NCBI GenBank assembly: GCA_023920165.1
Contig: CP089274.1
Span: 3,410,001-3,474,000, forward strand
Reading direction: 5' to 3'
Source: Curvularia clavata
Lineage: Eukaryota
DNA length: 64,000 nucleotides
Shown here: piece after piece, positions 10,687 to 26,000 of the stretch
How the letters are laid out: each line of letters begins with the position of its first letter
Position numbering within the stretch: position 1 is the first letter of the stretch
Translations under genes and position numbers: made by a program
The notes under the pieces: model-generated
Database searches by the model: none
Seen by the model: only the letters and a program-made list of their open reading frames with translations
Told to the model about the DNA's origin: nothing

Positions 10687-11308
10687 CTATTCCCTCTGCA
10701 ACACCACCATCAACCCCATTATCCCCAGCATGACCTGCTTCAGCCATGGGTGCTCGCTCAGCAGAATGGTAACGTATCCAACAAATGGTATGAAGCCAAC
10801 CACACTCCCAATAACATCTTCTTTGCGGTTGAGAAACGACTGGTCGCGAGCGTAGAGTTCGGTGTCGTCTGCAAGGTTGTTGTCACCTTTTGTGAGCAGT
10901 CGGAGCGGTGTTTTACTGTATCCCAATCATCAGCTCAGAAACACTTTACCAAGACCGTGACAGCGGCATTTATGCTACTGCCGGGTCCGCAAGATATGAT
11001 CAACGCAAGACTCACCCTCCACCATATCTCCTCACCACCCGATGCACAATCGGAATGTCCTTGCCCTTGACATTATACACGACAATCTCTCCTATCTGTG
11101 TGTCCATGCCTCTGTTCCAGAGGAAAAGCAAGTCGCCTCGTTGGAAAGCGGGTTCCATAGATCCGGAGAGTACGACGACAATAGGAGACGGTGAGTTTGA
11201 GACGACGGACAGGCCTTTCCACATCATAAATGCAGTGGAGAGGACGAGTGCGAAGTTCAGGACTTGCGCGGCGAGTTGTCGCGGTTGCATGCCTGCGACG
11301 CCGAACAT
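10687..11308 (-). CDS. SEC11: Signal peptidase complex catalytic subunit; exons 11308-11016 and 10915-10687 (173 aa)
   Basis: [28 protein letters not shown] and LLTKGDNN motifs. One GT-AG intron restores the frame. Confidence 0.96.
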
Positions 11309-12024
11309 GCTTGCGGCTTGGGTGTGGATTTGTCTATGTGTAAGATTCAGGCGTAGAGCGAAGTTCTCAAATTGGTTGTTGACAATTCCTGCTGCAGGCG
11401 GTGATTGGTAATTGTATCCCGTAGTAGGTGTGTCGTGGGCGTTCGGACAGCGCAGCAGGTTTGCGCGTCGTGAGATTATGGTCGCGAGGGTTGATGCCAG
11501 ATGGCTCCTTGGATTGGTTCTTTGCGGCCAGCTTAGTCAACTCCCGAGCGGTGGCCTCCCCAAACTCCGCAACTTACTAGTGTGATCTACAATCTCACTT
11601 GCCTATATTTTGGAAATTCCAAAACGACATCTTTTATTGTTCAAGGCTAAAAAACAGTAGTTTTGTGGGAAAGGATTTGAGGTTCAAAGAATGGTCGGAA
11701 TATGGGCTTTCGAAGAACATGGTGTATTACCTGGGTTGGTTACTTTGGGCTACCTTCAGCTCATTCTACCTACCAGGGCCACAGATCACATCATCAGAAC
11801 AACTATCTCGGTCTATCTCACATGGAATATCAAGAGATCTTACATTCCTCTTTCCCCTCGAATTACCTTATGCCAGAACTGATGCAATTCGCCTGCCGCT
11901 CTTATACCGCCCTGCTAAGCCTAGACCTTGGCCTTTTCTCATGCCTACGACCGAGCTCACTTCTTCATCCACATCTTTAGTATACCAATCCACTATCTGC
12001 GACAACCTCAAAAGTTGAATATAC

Positions 12025-13652
12025 ATGATACGGCTCGAACCTGGAAGCCTGGTCCAGTACCAGAGATCAAATTCTCTGGCGCTGTCATGGCCTGCAGTCA
12101 TATGCACAGATGACATGGCACCCGAGGCAATGCTACAGGCCCGCCCGTACGGCAATGTCAAAGTAACACTGGTATTGGTCCTGGGTGAGGAACTGAATTT
12201 GTGGGTACCGCTTGTTTAGGAATTATGAGTCCATAAATGCGCTGACCTAGACAGTCGCTGGGCGCACGCAGCGGAACTGAGCGAATACGATCCATTCATA
12301 CCATTCAGTCACGAAACCATGGTAGCAAAAACACCGGGACTTGGAGATGCATATGAGATGGCCAACAATGTCCTTGAGACTTCCCTTGGCCTAGACTACT
12401 GGCGACAACAGACGAGGCATCTCACTGATGTCTCTGACATGGAAGGCAGTGCGCATGGATCAGACACAGACAGCTCCTCAGACCCAGAACTCCAGGAGGC
12501 TATTCGCTTGAGCCAAGAAATCTATTATGCGTCCCATCCAGTGAGCGAAGTCACAAAGAGATCTAGAGGGTTACTCACACCCTTTCGATCGCCTTCCAAG
12601 TCAGGGAAAAATACTGATGGTCAACACCCTGTTTCGGCTCAGAAGAAAGTCACGGGACTTTTGGAGCATTCTTTGGCGCCTGCATTCTTAAGCAAGGGGT
12701 TTTCACAAGCACTGAAAAATGTCGAAGGCCAGAAGATACCCGATTCAATACACTACGTGAAGACGGCCTCGTGTTCGGACAACGCAGTGATAGATTTAAC
12801 AGGCGATGAAGGCGCCTCTATCCCCAAGACTGAGAAGCCAATCACGAAGCCACTAGTCCAGCAACCATCTTTCTTAGACAATGTCTGGAACCGTCTGAAC
12901 AAGGGTTTACAGGGGCCAACCAGCGATACCGTAGATGGCGAAATGTAAGTCCCCAAAACCACTTCGCCAACCCTAAATCTCAACTAACGCATTTCTGCAG
13001 CTCTGAAAGCAAAGATTTTGTCCATGTGCGCGTTGGACCCACAAAAGAAGTCAGAATGCTTCAGCCGCAAGCCGTCTGGAATCGTCCATACTTCCGCGAT
13101 CCACGCTGGGGTCTCAATCACTTCGACCACATCGACGGTGTATGGCAACTCGTACACCCCGCTCTCCCCGACATCGACCCAGCGGACTTCGACTTTGCAG
13201 CTGAGTATCTTGAAAGCGATGGCTTCGGCATCCGGGCTCCCCAAGGCGAAGCTGAAACGAGTGAAGCCTTTGCTCAATGCCGCTTAGCATGGGCCGTAGC
13301 CGACAAACTCGGCATGCACGACTTTCTCGACCACATCATTGACAAGCTGGAATTTCTCATTATCGAGCCGCACATGAGCGACGTCATGTGTTTTGCCTCA
13401 CAAGTCTACGATTCCTGCGATGGCACAGATTTGCCAGCACATTTCCGTATGAAAGATTATTTGGTTATGTTCATGGCGAATAATTGGTGGGTGTACATAA
13501 GGGATCCGGCGCTAAGTGACGAGTTTATAGAAAGATTGCAGCAGTTGCCGGAGTTGGAGAGGGATATTTATGAGATGAGGATGAAGGCGTTGGATGAGCG
13601 GTTGGCGGAGGACGAAGAAGACGAGGAGAGTGACAAGGATATGGAGACTTGA
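12025..13652 (+). CDS. Hypothetical protein with PWWP-like N-terminus, UIM-like motif and BTB-like C-terminal region; exons 12025-12200, 12255-12944, 13001-13652
   Basis: Three ORF pieces join in frame via GT-AG introns. Motifs: LSWPAVICTD (PWWP-like), DPELQEAIRLSQE (UIM-like) and FVHVRVG...DFDFAAEYL...AWAVADKLGM (BTB-like). Domain calls are by eye. Confidence 0.65.
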
Positions 13653-13842
13653 CTGAGGACAGCGCGAGATTTGAATGCTTTTAATGCTTTTATGGCTGGG
13701 AGGTGGTGTTACAGGTATGGTTTAGATCGCGCAATATCAGCACGGTTACATGAAGACTAGATAAGAGATGTCCTAGCTTTGGTAATTTCATCAAACACAT
13801 AATGCATAACACAATTCAGATCTTGATTCAGTACTGAAAAAA

Positions 13843-13930
13843 GAGCCAATTTAAGTCAGTTCAAACTAATTTAAGCAAATTCATTTGAAGCCAATTCAAT
13901 GCCAGCTGGTTCAAGCTGATTCAAGCTAGG
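13843..13930. repeat. Degenerate ~9-10 bp tandem repeat (TTCAAGCYA-like units)
   Basis: agccaatttaagtcagttcaaactaatttaagcaaattcatttgaagccaattcaatgccagctggttcaagctgattcaagctag. Confidence 0.5.
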
Positions 13931-14018
13931 AATGGATACTTTAGAAAAAGAATTGGGGGTTCATTATATTTTATAACGCTCATGAGCTGCGAAGCTGGTA
14001 TCTCAAGCCAACACTAAC

Positions 14019-15922
14019 CTAGTCAGAATCGCTTGCAAACTCACCTACGTTTGGATCTGCACAAGCTCGGTATTAGCCAGTGGTTAATCACATAATCACA
14101 ACACCAACATACCTCTGAATGCCATGTACTCCAACGTGCCGCCTGCCTTCTCCATCAAGTTCTCTCTGATCAGAGTCAGCTCCTCCTCTGGAAGCAGCGT
14201 ATCTGGGTCCGCCATGTCGATGGACAAGCGGATACCCTGATTCTCTGGCCCCAACCTAGCTACGAAATCCAACAAACCATCCATGGTGAACTTTGATATA
14301 CCAGAGATGGTAACGGTGCGGAGATTAGGCAGACTGGCTAAATGCGGCAACACGTCGTCGTTGAGCTCCAGCCCGCTGACATATAAATCCTCAAGCAGGA
14401 CGAGGTCCGCGACAATGGTCTTGAGGTGATCATCTCGCAGGACCTCGGGGAGTATGAGATGCAGATCTCGCAGTTCGCGGAGTTGCCTCAATGATTCAAC
14501 AAGGATATCGAGATCGTCACGGAACATGCCTTCAGTTTCACCGCTCAGAAACAACACTCGCAGCGAAGACTGCTGGTTCACAAGAGCCTGGTGGAAAGAT
14601 TTGTGGTCTTTGAGCGTGTAGGAATCGATTTCTAGACTGCTGAGCTGAATCTGCTCTTGCAGCAACACGGGCGTGATGATGGCGGCTCCAGACTGCATTT
14701 TTGAGAAGCTGAGGCGCTGAAGGTTTGAGCAGTTTTGGAGCCAGGCTATGGTTTCACGGAAGACGTCGTTTTCGGTTGCTTCGAGGTCAATACTGCCGTG
14801 AATATCTTCGATGCGCAGTGTTTTCAGAGCGGTGCATCCTTGAAGGAGAGCCAGGTGTAGTATTGAATCGTTGGATACGCTTAGACGAAGATCCTCGAGT
14901 GATTTCCCGTGGTTGTTCAGTGCTAAAAAGGTCTCGGCGCCTGCTTCGACGTTGCTGATAGTTTGGAGCGTTCGTAGCGTGTTAGGTCGCATTGAGGAAA
15001 GGAACTTGGCAAACTTATGGTCGTTGTTGATGGAGTGCCAGGTATAGATCATCAGAGAATTGAACTGTGGGCAATTCTCACAGATTGATGCGTGGACCAG
15101 CTCGTCTTCTAGGGGCTTACCATCCCATAACTCCAGGCTTTGTAGACGTGGAAGACGTGGTGTCCATCGGACAAGAGCACCAGGCTGGACTTGGACTTGT
15201 CAGATGTTTCTTTGGCTTATTCTAATGAGGTTATACGTACTTTCCCCACTAATCACCTCAAGATTGGGAGTGTGTTGTGTCACCGCTGTATAATATCAGT
15301 CTCTCGAACAAGACATAAGGGGTAGATGGATGAGATACCTTCCCCAATGGCATCAATGACCTCTGCTGTCTTGATTCGCGTAAATTTCCTGCCCTTGATG
15401 CTCGTCCCCGTCTCTATCTTTTCGAATTGCTTCAATGGACCAGAAAAGAATTGTCTATAGGTGTCAGTATCACATGGAGAGTTCTGCAAGGCTTGGCTAA
15501 CTTTGAAACCTTCGCTCGGAACTGGTCATCATCAAGTAGGTAGCCGAGGTCGCGGAAATCAAGTGATCTGATATAACGGCAATACGGAAACAGAGTAATG
15601 CCAAGGCTCGATGCAATGATGGACCGCCATAAGATGGACCACTTCTGGATAGTGAGTAGCTTAGTAGCTGCGGGCAAACCGTACAGATCTTCTCCGCCGC
15701 CCCGAACAGGCGCAAGATGGTGGAATCTTCATGAATATCAGCAAAGGCAACATTTCAGCTTGGCCAGACTGGTATCAAGTACTTGTAAAGATGGGTTAAC
15801 GCAGGAATTGCCAGCGCTCGACTCGCGCAAGCGCAGTTGAAGAGGGTATCAAATTGCTCCTGATTTGCCAGTTCCTCACACAGAAGATGCAAGATATCGT
15901 CTGGGAGCACCGCTTGAGCCAT
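14019..15922 (-). CDS. F-box-like / leucine-rich-repeat (RNI-like) protein, multi-exon
   Basis: Starts MAQAVLPDDILHLLCEEL (F-box-like). Internal YCRYIRSLDFRDL and repeated LxxLxL units (LEDLRLS, LKTLRIE, LQRLSFS, LRTVTIS). Terminal micro-exon DPNVGEFASDSD*. Internal exon boundaries are approximate. Confidence 0.75.
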
Positions 15923-16096
15923 GACGTCTTGATGTGTTATCACTGAAGTTGGGCGGTTGACCTTACGCTCGAAGTAACAGGCGCGATGATGTCAATACGC
16001 TAGCGCGTCAAAACGCGCTCTTTCCGTTTTCGGCCTCCTTGCCGACCCCGTTGTATCAAACGCTGCATCTTGCCACTATGCGAATGGTCGAGTGAA

Positions 16097-17454
16097 ATGG
16101 TCGTACTTAACTTCACCCTCACTCCAGAGGCAGCTTCTAAAGTCCATGACCTCCTCGTTTGTCTGGGCAAGTTCAGCGATACAGTAGCCATCGAAGCGCG
16201 TCGAGAAAAGGTAGGTTTGCCGTTCTTCCTACGAGCCAGCTTGTCGTCTCATACGTCTCGTCTCAGTTCACATTTACCGCACTCAACTCTTCTAAATCCG
16301 CATACGCCGCTGTTACATTAGAAGCCAGACAATTCTTTGCTAGCTATGAGTGTGTTCCGAGCCATGGCGGGCCCGATGGCCGCTTCACGTGTAGTATGTA
16401 CACCAAGGCGCTCTTATCAGTCTTTAAAGGGCGTCTGCACGATCCAATGGGCCGGGATGGTGCAATAGATCGCTGTGAAGTGAGCGTACAAGAACGAGAG
16501 AATGAGACGCAATGTCGGTTCATTGTCAAAATGGTTTGCAACCAGGGCGTCATCAAGACCTACAAACTCACATACGAAGCCGTGGAAGTGATGCACGCGC
16601 TCTTTGATCGGTCTGTAGCCAAAAATAGGTGGACCATGCACTCTGGCGCCGTGAAGGAGTATATTGAGTACTTTGGCACCAAAACCGAAATGCTCGACAT
16701 ATTCGCAGGAGACGATGGTCGTTGTGTCTTCAAGAGCTATACAGAAAAGATCTCCAACGGAAAGGAGATATTGAAGCACCCTCTTGTCACAGCCGTGGCC
16801 GTCAACACGTCTGATTTCGAGGAATTCACAGTACAGGCCGGTATGCACATCATCATCAACGTCAAAGACTTCAAGGCTATCGTCATACATGCGGACACTC
16901 TGAAGACGAACCTAAAGGCCTTCTATTCTCAACCGACTCGGCCCTTACAGTTTAGCTACGGATGCGACGGTTTGTTTTGCGAGTTCACGTTGATGACTTC
17001 AGGCAATTACACTGCAGCTCCGCCCACACCCATACCCGCGCCGGCACCTCAAACAGCAAGCAGAAAAAACACGCCTCGGGCCCAGTCAGCAACAGCAACA
17101 ACAACTGGGCGCGAAGGAAGCCGCAGCTTTCAGTCTGATATGCCTCCACCAGCTCACTCGGCATCTCGGCGTGAGGGTTCAAGTCGCCTAGGGTCTCGTC
17201 AGACCTCGGTACAGGCGCAGTCGCCGCATCGCGACCCCGAGAGTCTCTTCGTACCAGAAGATGAGGATGAAGCTTGGGCACCTGTAGACTACGATAAGGA
17301 AGAGACCCTGGGATGGGATGCTAGTGCTAGCCATGACGCATCAGCTTTCCCGACCTTTACAGATGGCGGCAGTGCGCCAAGGACAAATACCGCTGAGAAC
17401 AATGAAGTGTTCGAGCCCACTCAGCGCGTATCGCAGATCAAGGGATTGTGGTAA
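16097..17454 (+). CDS. RAD9: DNA damage checkpoint 9-1-1 clamp subunit Rad9 (S. pombe Rad9/Ddc1 family); exons 16097-16210 and 16267-17454
   Basis: MVVLNFTLTPEAASKVHDLLVCLGKFSDTVAIEA, TALNSSKSAYA, GVIKTYKLTYE, KDFKAIV and PTRPLQF motifs, followed by a disordered C-terminal tail. Confidence 0.9.
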
Positions 17455-17907
17455 TGGGTTGGTATTGGTGAAAGCACCGCACGATCTGATAACCCGACGA
17501 GAAGGACCAATAGACTTCAGAGAAGCGGCCATCGTTTGGACGCTGCTACCCATATGTCAGAAGCCATGGCACAGCAGTGGAAGATGATTCATGTGCAGCG
17601 CAATTTATAAACGTTTGCAAGAAGAAAACTATTACTTAGTCCCAGAAACACGATTGTGACAATACCCACAGTACGGCAGGAGCGCTACTGTGCATCCAAA
17701 GTTTGTGTTGATCAACAGTCCCTGTATTGAACTTGCAGTTTCCATGTCCTCCGGCAACAGAAAGGTAGGTACGAAGTAATGACGTGGGTCCGCGTATCGG
17801 CGGATGGTGGGGCTCGATGAGAAAACGATCTAGGTACTCTCGTCGTTCCATTACCACAGTTGAGAACATAGCGAATCCTTGGTATAATCAACTCCCAATT
17901 CTCTACA

Positions 17908-19750
17908 ATGTCGCCAAAGCGTATCCTGGTAATTGCTGGATCTGACAGCTCGGGTGGGGCGTACGTACGCATACATGCATCCGCCTCCCCAATCATCGAC
18001 TCAAACTAACTATCCATCCACACCAACAGTGGGTTAGAGGCTGATCAAAAGGTGATCGCAGCTCATGGCTGTTATGCTATGACTGCTACTACTGCGTTGA
18101 CAGCACAGAATACGCTGGGCGTGCAGGATGTACATCATACACCCCCGGACTTTGTGAAGAAGCAGATTGATGCTGTTTGTGATGACATTAGAGTTGATGT
18201 TGTCAAAACGGGTAGGTATTATAGAAAATAACATGTTTTGTCGACGTTTCCTTGTAGATAAGCTAATACTTCATAGGTATGCTTGCATCGGCGGAGACAA
18301 TTAAAGTAGTCGCCGATGCATTGAAACGACACAATATCAGTACATGTGTCGTTGATCCTGTATGTACTGAGTATCTTAACTTTCAACATCGCCGCTAAGC
18401 GCAGAATCATATCAGGTGATGGTCTCCACATCAGGCTCAGAGCTTCTTCCTGAGGCTGCAGTCACGGCACTAATTGATGATCTTCTCCCTCACACTACTC
18501 TGCTAACGCCAAATTTCCCGGAGGCAAAGCTTCTCTTGAAATCCGCTGGCATTGATGTCCCGGAACCACGGAACGTCAATGATATCGTCGCCATGGCACA
18601 TAACATTCGCGAAAAAGGACCCAAATGGGTGTTACTTAAAGGAGGCCATCTACCATTAACGCGTGGTCACTTTGTGAGTAAAGAGGAGGCGGACCGAGAA
18701 GTTGTATTGAACGTGCTGGTCGGAGAGGATGGAGTCACCTTGATAGAAAGCGAATACCTGCAATCGAAGAACACTCATGGTACAGGGTGTTCACTTGCCT
18801 CAGCAATCTCATGCAACCTTTCTCTCGGTATGCCTATGGTTAAGGCTGTCAAAGCAGCCAACAAATACATCGAAGCCGGAATCAAGACAGCAGTGGAGAT
18901 AGGCAGTGGAAGTGGACCCATCAACCACTTCCACTCAGTTTATACACTCCCGTTTGCGCCCGGTAACTTCATATCGTATCTTCTTGACCGAGACGAAGTT
19001 CAGGTGCCGTGGAAAGGGTATACTCAGCACGAGTTTGTACAGCGAATGGGAGACGGAACACTGCCACTAGAAAATTTCATGTACTATCTAGTGCAAGATT
19101 ACCAGTTCTTAGTACGACCTCTTTCATCCTTGCAAGATAATTATATGTTGCAGACATAGCTGATGACCTTGTAGGTACAATTTGCAAGAGCAACCGCACT
19201 CTCGGCATACAAATCAAGTAACCTCAGCGATATTGGGCGCTCTGTCCAACAAGTTGTTACCCTTCAAGAAGAAATACAACTTCATATCGAGTTCTGCAAA
19301 GAATATGGTCTCTCCGAAGCTGATATCATTAACCAGGAAGAGGACCAGGCCACTACTGCATACACTCGTTACGTCCTTGACATTGGCGTGTCTCAAGACT
19401 TTCTTGCCTTGCAGATAGCCCTCCTGCCCTGCTTAATCGGCTACGGCATCATCGCCAAGCGGCTGTATGAGGATCCAAATACAGTGCGGACGGGTAGTAA
19501 GTACTGGAAATGGATCGAACAATACGTTGCGGACGAATACAGGGGTGCGATGATGAGGGGAAGCGAGCTTGTGGAGAAACATGCGGCAGGATTGAGTCCA
19601 AGCAGAGTGGAGGAACTAGCCAGGATATTTGTCCATGCGACCAACGTAAGTACCGATGGCAAACTAGGTGTTTGTGAGTGCGCTAACGAAGGATAGATGG
19701 AACGAGGCTTCTGGGACATGGGGCTAAGGGCCGGCAAGAAGTTGAATTGA
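17908..19750 (+). CDS. THI20: Hydroxymethylpyrimidine/phosphomethylpyrimidine kinase fused to a TenA (thiaminase II-like) domain; ~6 exons
   Basis: ILVIAGSDSSGGAGLEADQK, VVKTGML, VDPVMVSTSG, LLKGGH and NTHGTGCSLASAI (ThiD); YYLVQDY, LLPCLIGY, YWKWIEQY and ERGFWDMG (TenA). Confidence 0.9.
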
Positions 19751-20415
19751 CTTTGATGACATGAGTAGCGGATGCATGTTATAGCACCGTTGTACTGGTC
19801 GCACTCCACAGTTCTTTTGTGACATGTTCGAAGCACCTGAAATCTGACATTTGGTAGAAGTTAAAGCAACGGCAATAGAATGTCCAATAGTACATAGAGT
19901 CTCATCTCCGAAGCGGTGAGCACATTGTTTTTGTGGTCACTCCCCAGCCACGTGCCAAGTCCCGTGCACTGTAGAACTTCTTCACCACTGATGGCATGGT
20001 GGCGTATTTGCAGTTTTCTTCTGTCTGTAAAAACTAAAAGGCAGATGCATCTCTAGTTCGGCGTAAATGTGGCGAAATGAAGTTCTTCGTAGCTTCCCCG
20101 GCCTGATAACGGCAAAGAACCGCGCTAACCCGGATAGGTCAGACCCTTGGCGCTAGCGCCGCTAGCGTCTCAAAAAATGTGCAAGCGCAACGGAGGCAAG
20201 GCAACTTTTCCTGGCGCGTTTGCCCTTTACTTTCTCTCTCACTCTCACCTTCACCCGCTTCTATTGTGATTCTTTTATCGCACCCTCCGCGACACTTCTT
20301 TACGTCGCTTTACTACACCTTAATACTCTTCGCGGTCTCAGATTTCGAAACACGCTCTCTTAGACCCGATCGGCTCTCCTTTGACGCCAGTCTCTACCAA
20401 ACACACGCACACATC

Positions 20416-23021
<2,606 letters not shown>

Positions 23022-26000
23022 ACACGCTGTCGATCGCGTCCACTCGACATCATCAGAACGATGAGTTTCGATTCCGATCCTCTCTAGACTTTGGAGGCCG
23101 GTTATGATCTCAGACTTACTTCATGTTTTTTTTTCCTTTTCCTTTTCCAAATGCGGTTGCATGCCGCTGTACCTACCCAGGCTCTGGCGTACGCTGATAC
23201 CCTATGGACAGAGCTGTGATCACCGTGCGCGGACATGTTGTCAGCGTGGCAGAACAGTTCGCCTGCATATTAGACTGGTATATGTTTTGATTGTTTATGA
23301 TAGCTGCGTGTTTGCAGCAGTTTCCTGCAGTCATTTCGCCACTTTGCATCCTGGCGCTGGTGGCGTGTTTCGTTACAGAAAAAAAGTCTTCTCAAGTAAT
23401 AGTCGTATAGAATTTATTCAGCATGTCTCAATACCTCTACTGCATTCTGCTGTGGCATGTTGCCTCGTGTTTTGGTTATGTTGATGTATGTGTGATGCTT
23501 TGTGTCTCCGGTGCTCAAACGTGTCTCTTGCTGTATACAAGTTTTCTGCCAGAGCGCGTGGTAATCGTTATTGTTATTTCGCTGGTTTTCAAATCTCAGG
23601 TAATTTACTATCTGCGACAACAACTTGAATACTTATCATGATCATCATCGTTATTATCGTCAAGTCCAATCAGTTGATCGTGTTTTTCCTGTTCTCTCAA
23701 CTAACACTCGTATCTGAAGCTCAGCTAAAACGAGACTTCAGAAGAGGAGATAAAATAGGAAGCAAGAATAATGTGGTGTATTGGGTGCTTGGTGGCTGTA
23801 ACAATAGATACAAGAAGATGGATACAACGAGGTGAATGCTAGACTTGTCTTTTTTTCCTCTCTTACTACAGTAATAAGAGAAGGAAACAAAGAGGTTAAC
23901 ACCTCACTGGTATGACAGCGAGACGATAAGAAGGAGAACATGGAGCAAGATAAGAAACCAAACAGCTTAAGGGTATATATGGTGGTTTTCATCGTCTTCT
24001 ATTGAATAGCTTGTCGCTTTCGCTTCTCTTTCCTCTTGTACGCTGATAGGTGATATTCATGCGACGTATCAAGTAGATATTGTCAATATATACATGTTTT
24101 ACAGCCCTAGTAAAAAACCGAAAAACTGCTTATGACTGGTAAAAAAAATGGTGATTAATAAGGTCAAGGAGTGTGAAGGACTTTTGTGGGGATTAGCGTA
24201 TAGAAGGATGTGTGTGTATAAATGTATGTGGCGAGAACAGGATGTGGAGATGTTGTGATGTTGTGATGTGTGTACGAAATAGTGGAAGATGTGTAACTGG
24301 AATTTTTATAATTGTTAGATGCGAAAGAATCGTATATATAAACCAAATATTGAAAAGCATATGTAGAGAGATAGCATAGCTTAAAGACACTTATATAATA
24401 TCACATAGAATTTCGTACGAGACTGCACAGGAGACGATAGAGTGTGGAACAGACGAGAGGTGCAAGTAAGTTCTTAGACATTTGCGAGTATATATATGTG
24501 TACTTTTTTCACCTTTCAATTTGCAGGTGGTCGTGTTTTAGTAAACGCTAAAGAAGATTCTCTCAAGTAGTCCACCACTTTGGGAGATGTTTTTTTTTCT
24601 CCTTCAAATGTGTGTAGTAGACACAAGAAAAACGATGACGGAGTAAGGAGAGTAAGTAGGAGTAAGAAGAAAAAGAAGGCGAGTAGGGTATATAGAAGAT
24701 AGGGAAGTTGTATGAGTGTTTGTAATACCTTTACCCCCAGTGAAAGAAAAAGGTCGTCATGCTGCTTCAGAATGAATAGCAACAAACCATGACATAATGA
24801 TCGTTGCTCACAGGAGCATGTATGATTCTGACATCGCTCAATGTCTTTACGGATATCTCGATATGTCATACGTTATTCTATCATGCTCTCTGTGATAGAC
24901 ACGATTTGTGGAAACAACAAGACATGGGAGAGGATGTGTGGGTTGATACAAAAGTCTGCCATATTGCCAGACACTCTGGGATAGCGAGAATAGTAGGCAA
25001 TCTAGAGCAGGAAAAGGATACACGAGTAAATGCCCTCAAAGCAGAGGGAGATGAGTACCACCGTCGTTTCTCCAACCTCTTCGTTCACCAATACCAGTGA
25101 CATACTCATGACCATCTATTCCAAATTATGATCAAAATGTCGGTGTGAGATTACCACATCTTTTCCAGATAAGCAGGAAGTCTGAAAATTACAAACAGTA
25201 TAACAGAAAACCTTATAGGCTCAAATAGAGCACTTGGAGCACGATTATTATTGCGGGGCTGACTAGCGTCTAGACGACGCACACATGATGAAGCTGAGCC
25301 ATTTTTCATGTCAGCCTCAGCTCCAGAAGGATAGTAAGCTGATATCGCCAAGCAAAGCAGAGGTATGCATACCCCCCAGATGAAGAGTTGAGATAAAGTG
25401 TAAACTAACGATGGGCCGAAACACAGACTGGCCATCTGAAAGACGGGCTGGCTGGGGGAAAGGGGGCCACGGATCGGATGACGATCGCTAGGGATATGGC
25501 GCAAGACACACGCTATTGGGATCCATGGAGCGGGAGGTCCGACTGCAGGTAAACCAAGCAGTCGGGCATAACTCCGGCGTAGATTGTTGCTTCTACCAGG
25601 ATGAAAGGGGTGGACGTCATGTACGTCGAGATTATGGTTTCAAAGGGCGGAACTTGATTTTCTGGAGCAAGCCATGTACAATCAAAGTGTTACCCGCGTG
25701 AGTAGAGACATGCTGGTTACGTAGCGGGTAATGGTAAGCCCAAGCATGTGAATGCATCTGCAGTGCTAGGTGGACCATTAGATCGATCCCGCTACTGCAC
25801 GACACCAGACTCAAAACCAAGGCCTGGAACGTCCCAACGGTTGGGTTGAGAGTATAACTTTGTGGCTTTGCTGTGGCGAAGACTTTCCCGCTGCAGCGAT
25901 TAGTTGACACAGATGCTGTGTTTACTGGACGCGTCCTCCCTTGTTTCATGGGACATGTTGTAGGCAAGGAGATAGTTCGGTTGGTGAAAAGCACGCGCGC

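Noticed and set aside
17600..18420. TPP riboswitch in or near the thiamine gene THI20
   Set aside because: Introns are short (~55-70 nt) and I see no TPP aptamer core (GCTGAGA...CCTGA-type) in the leader or introns.
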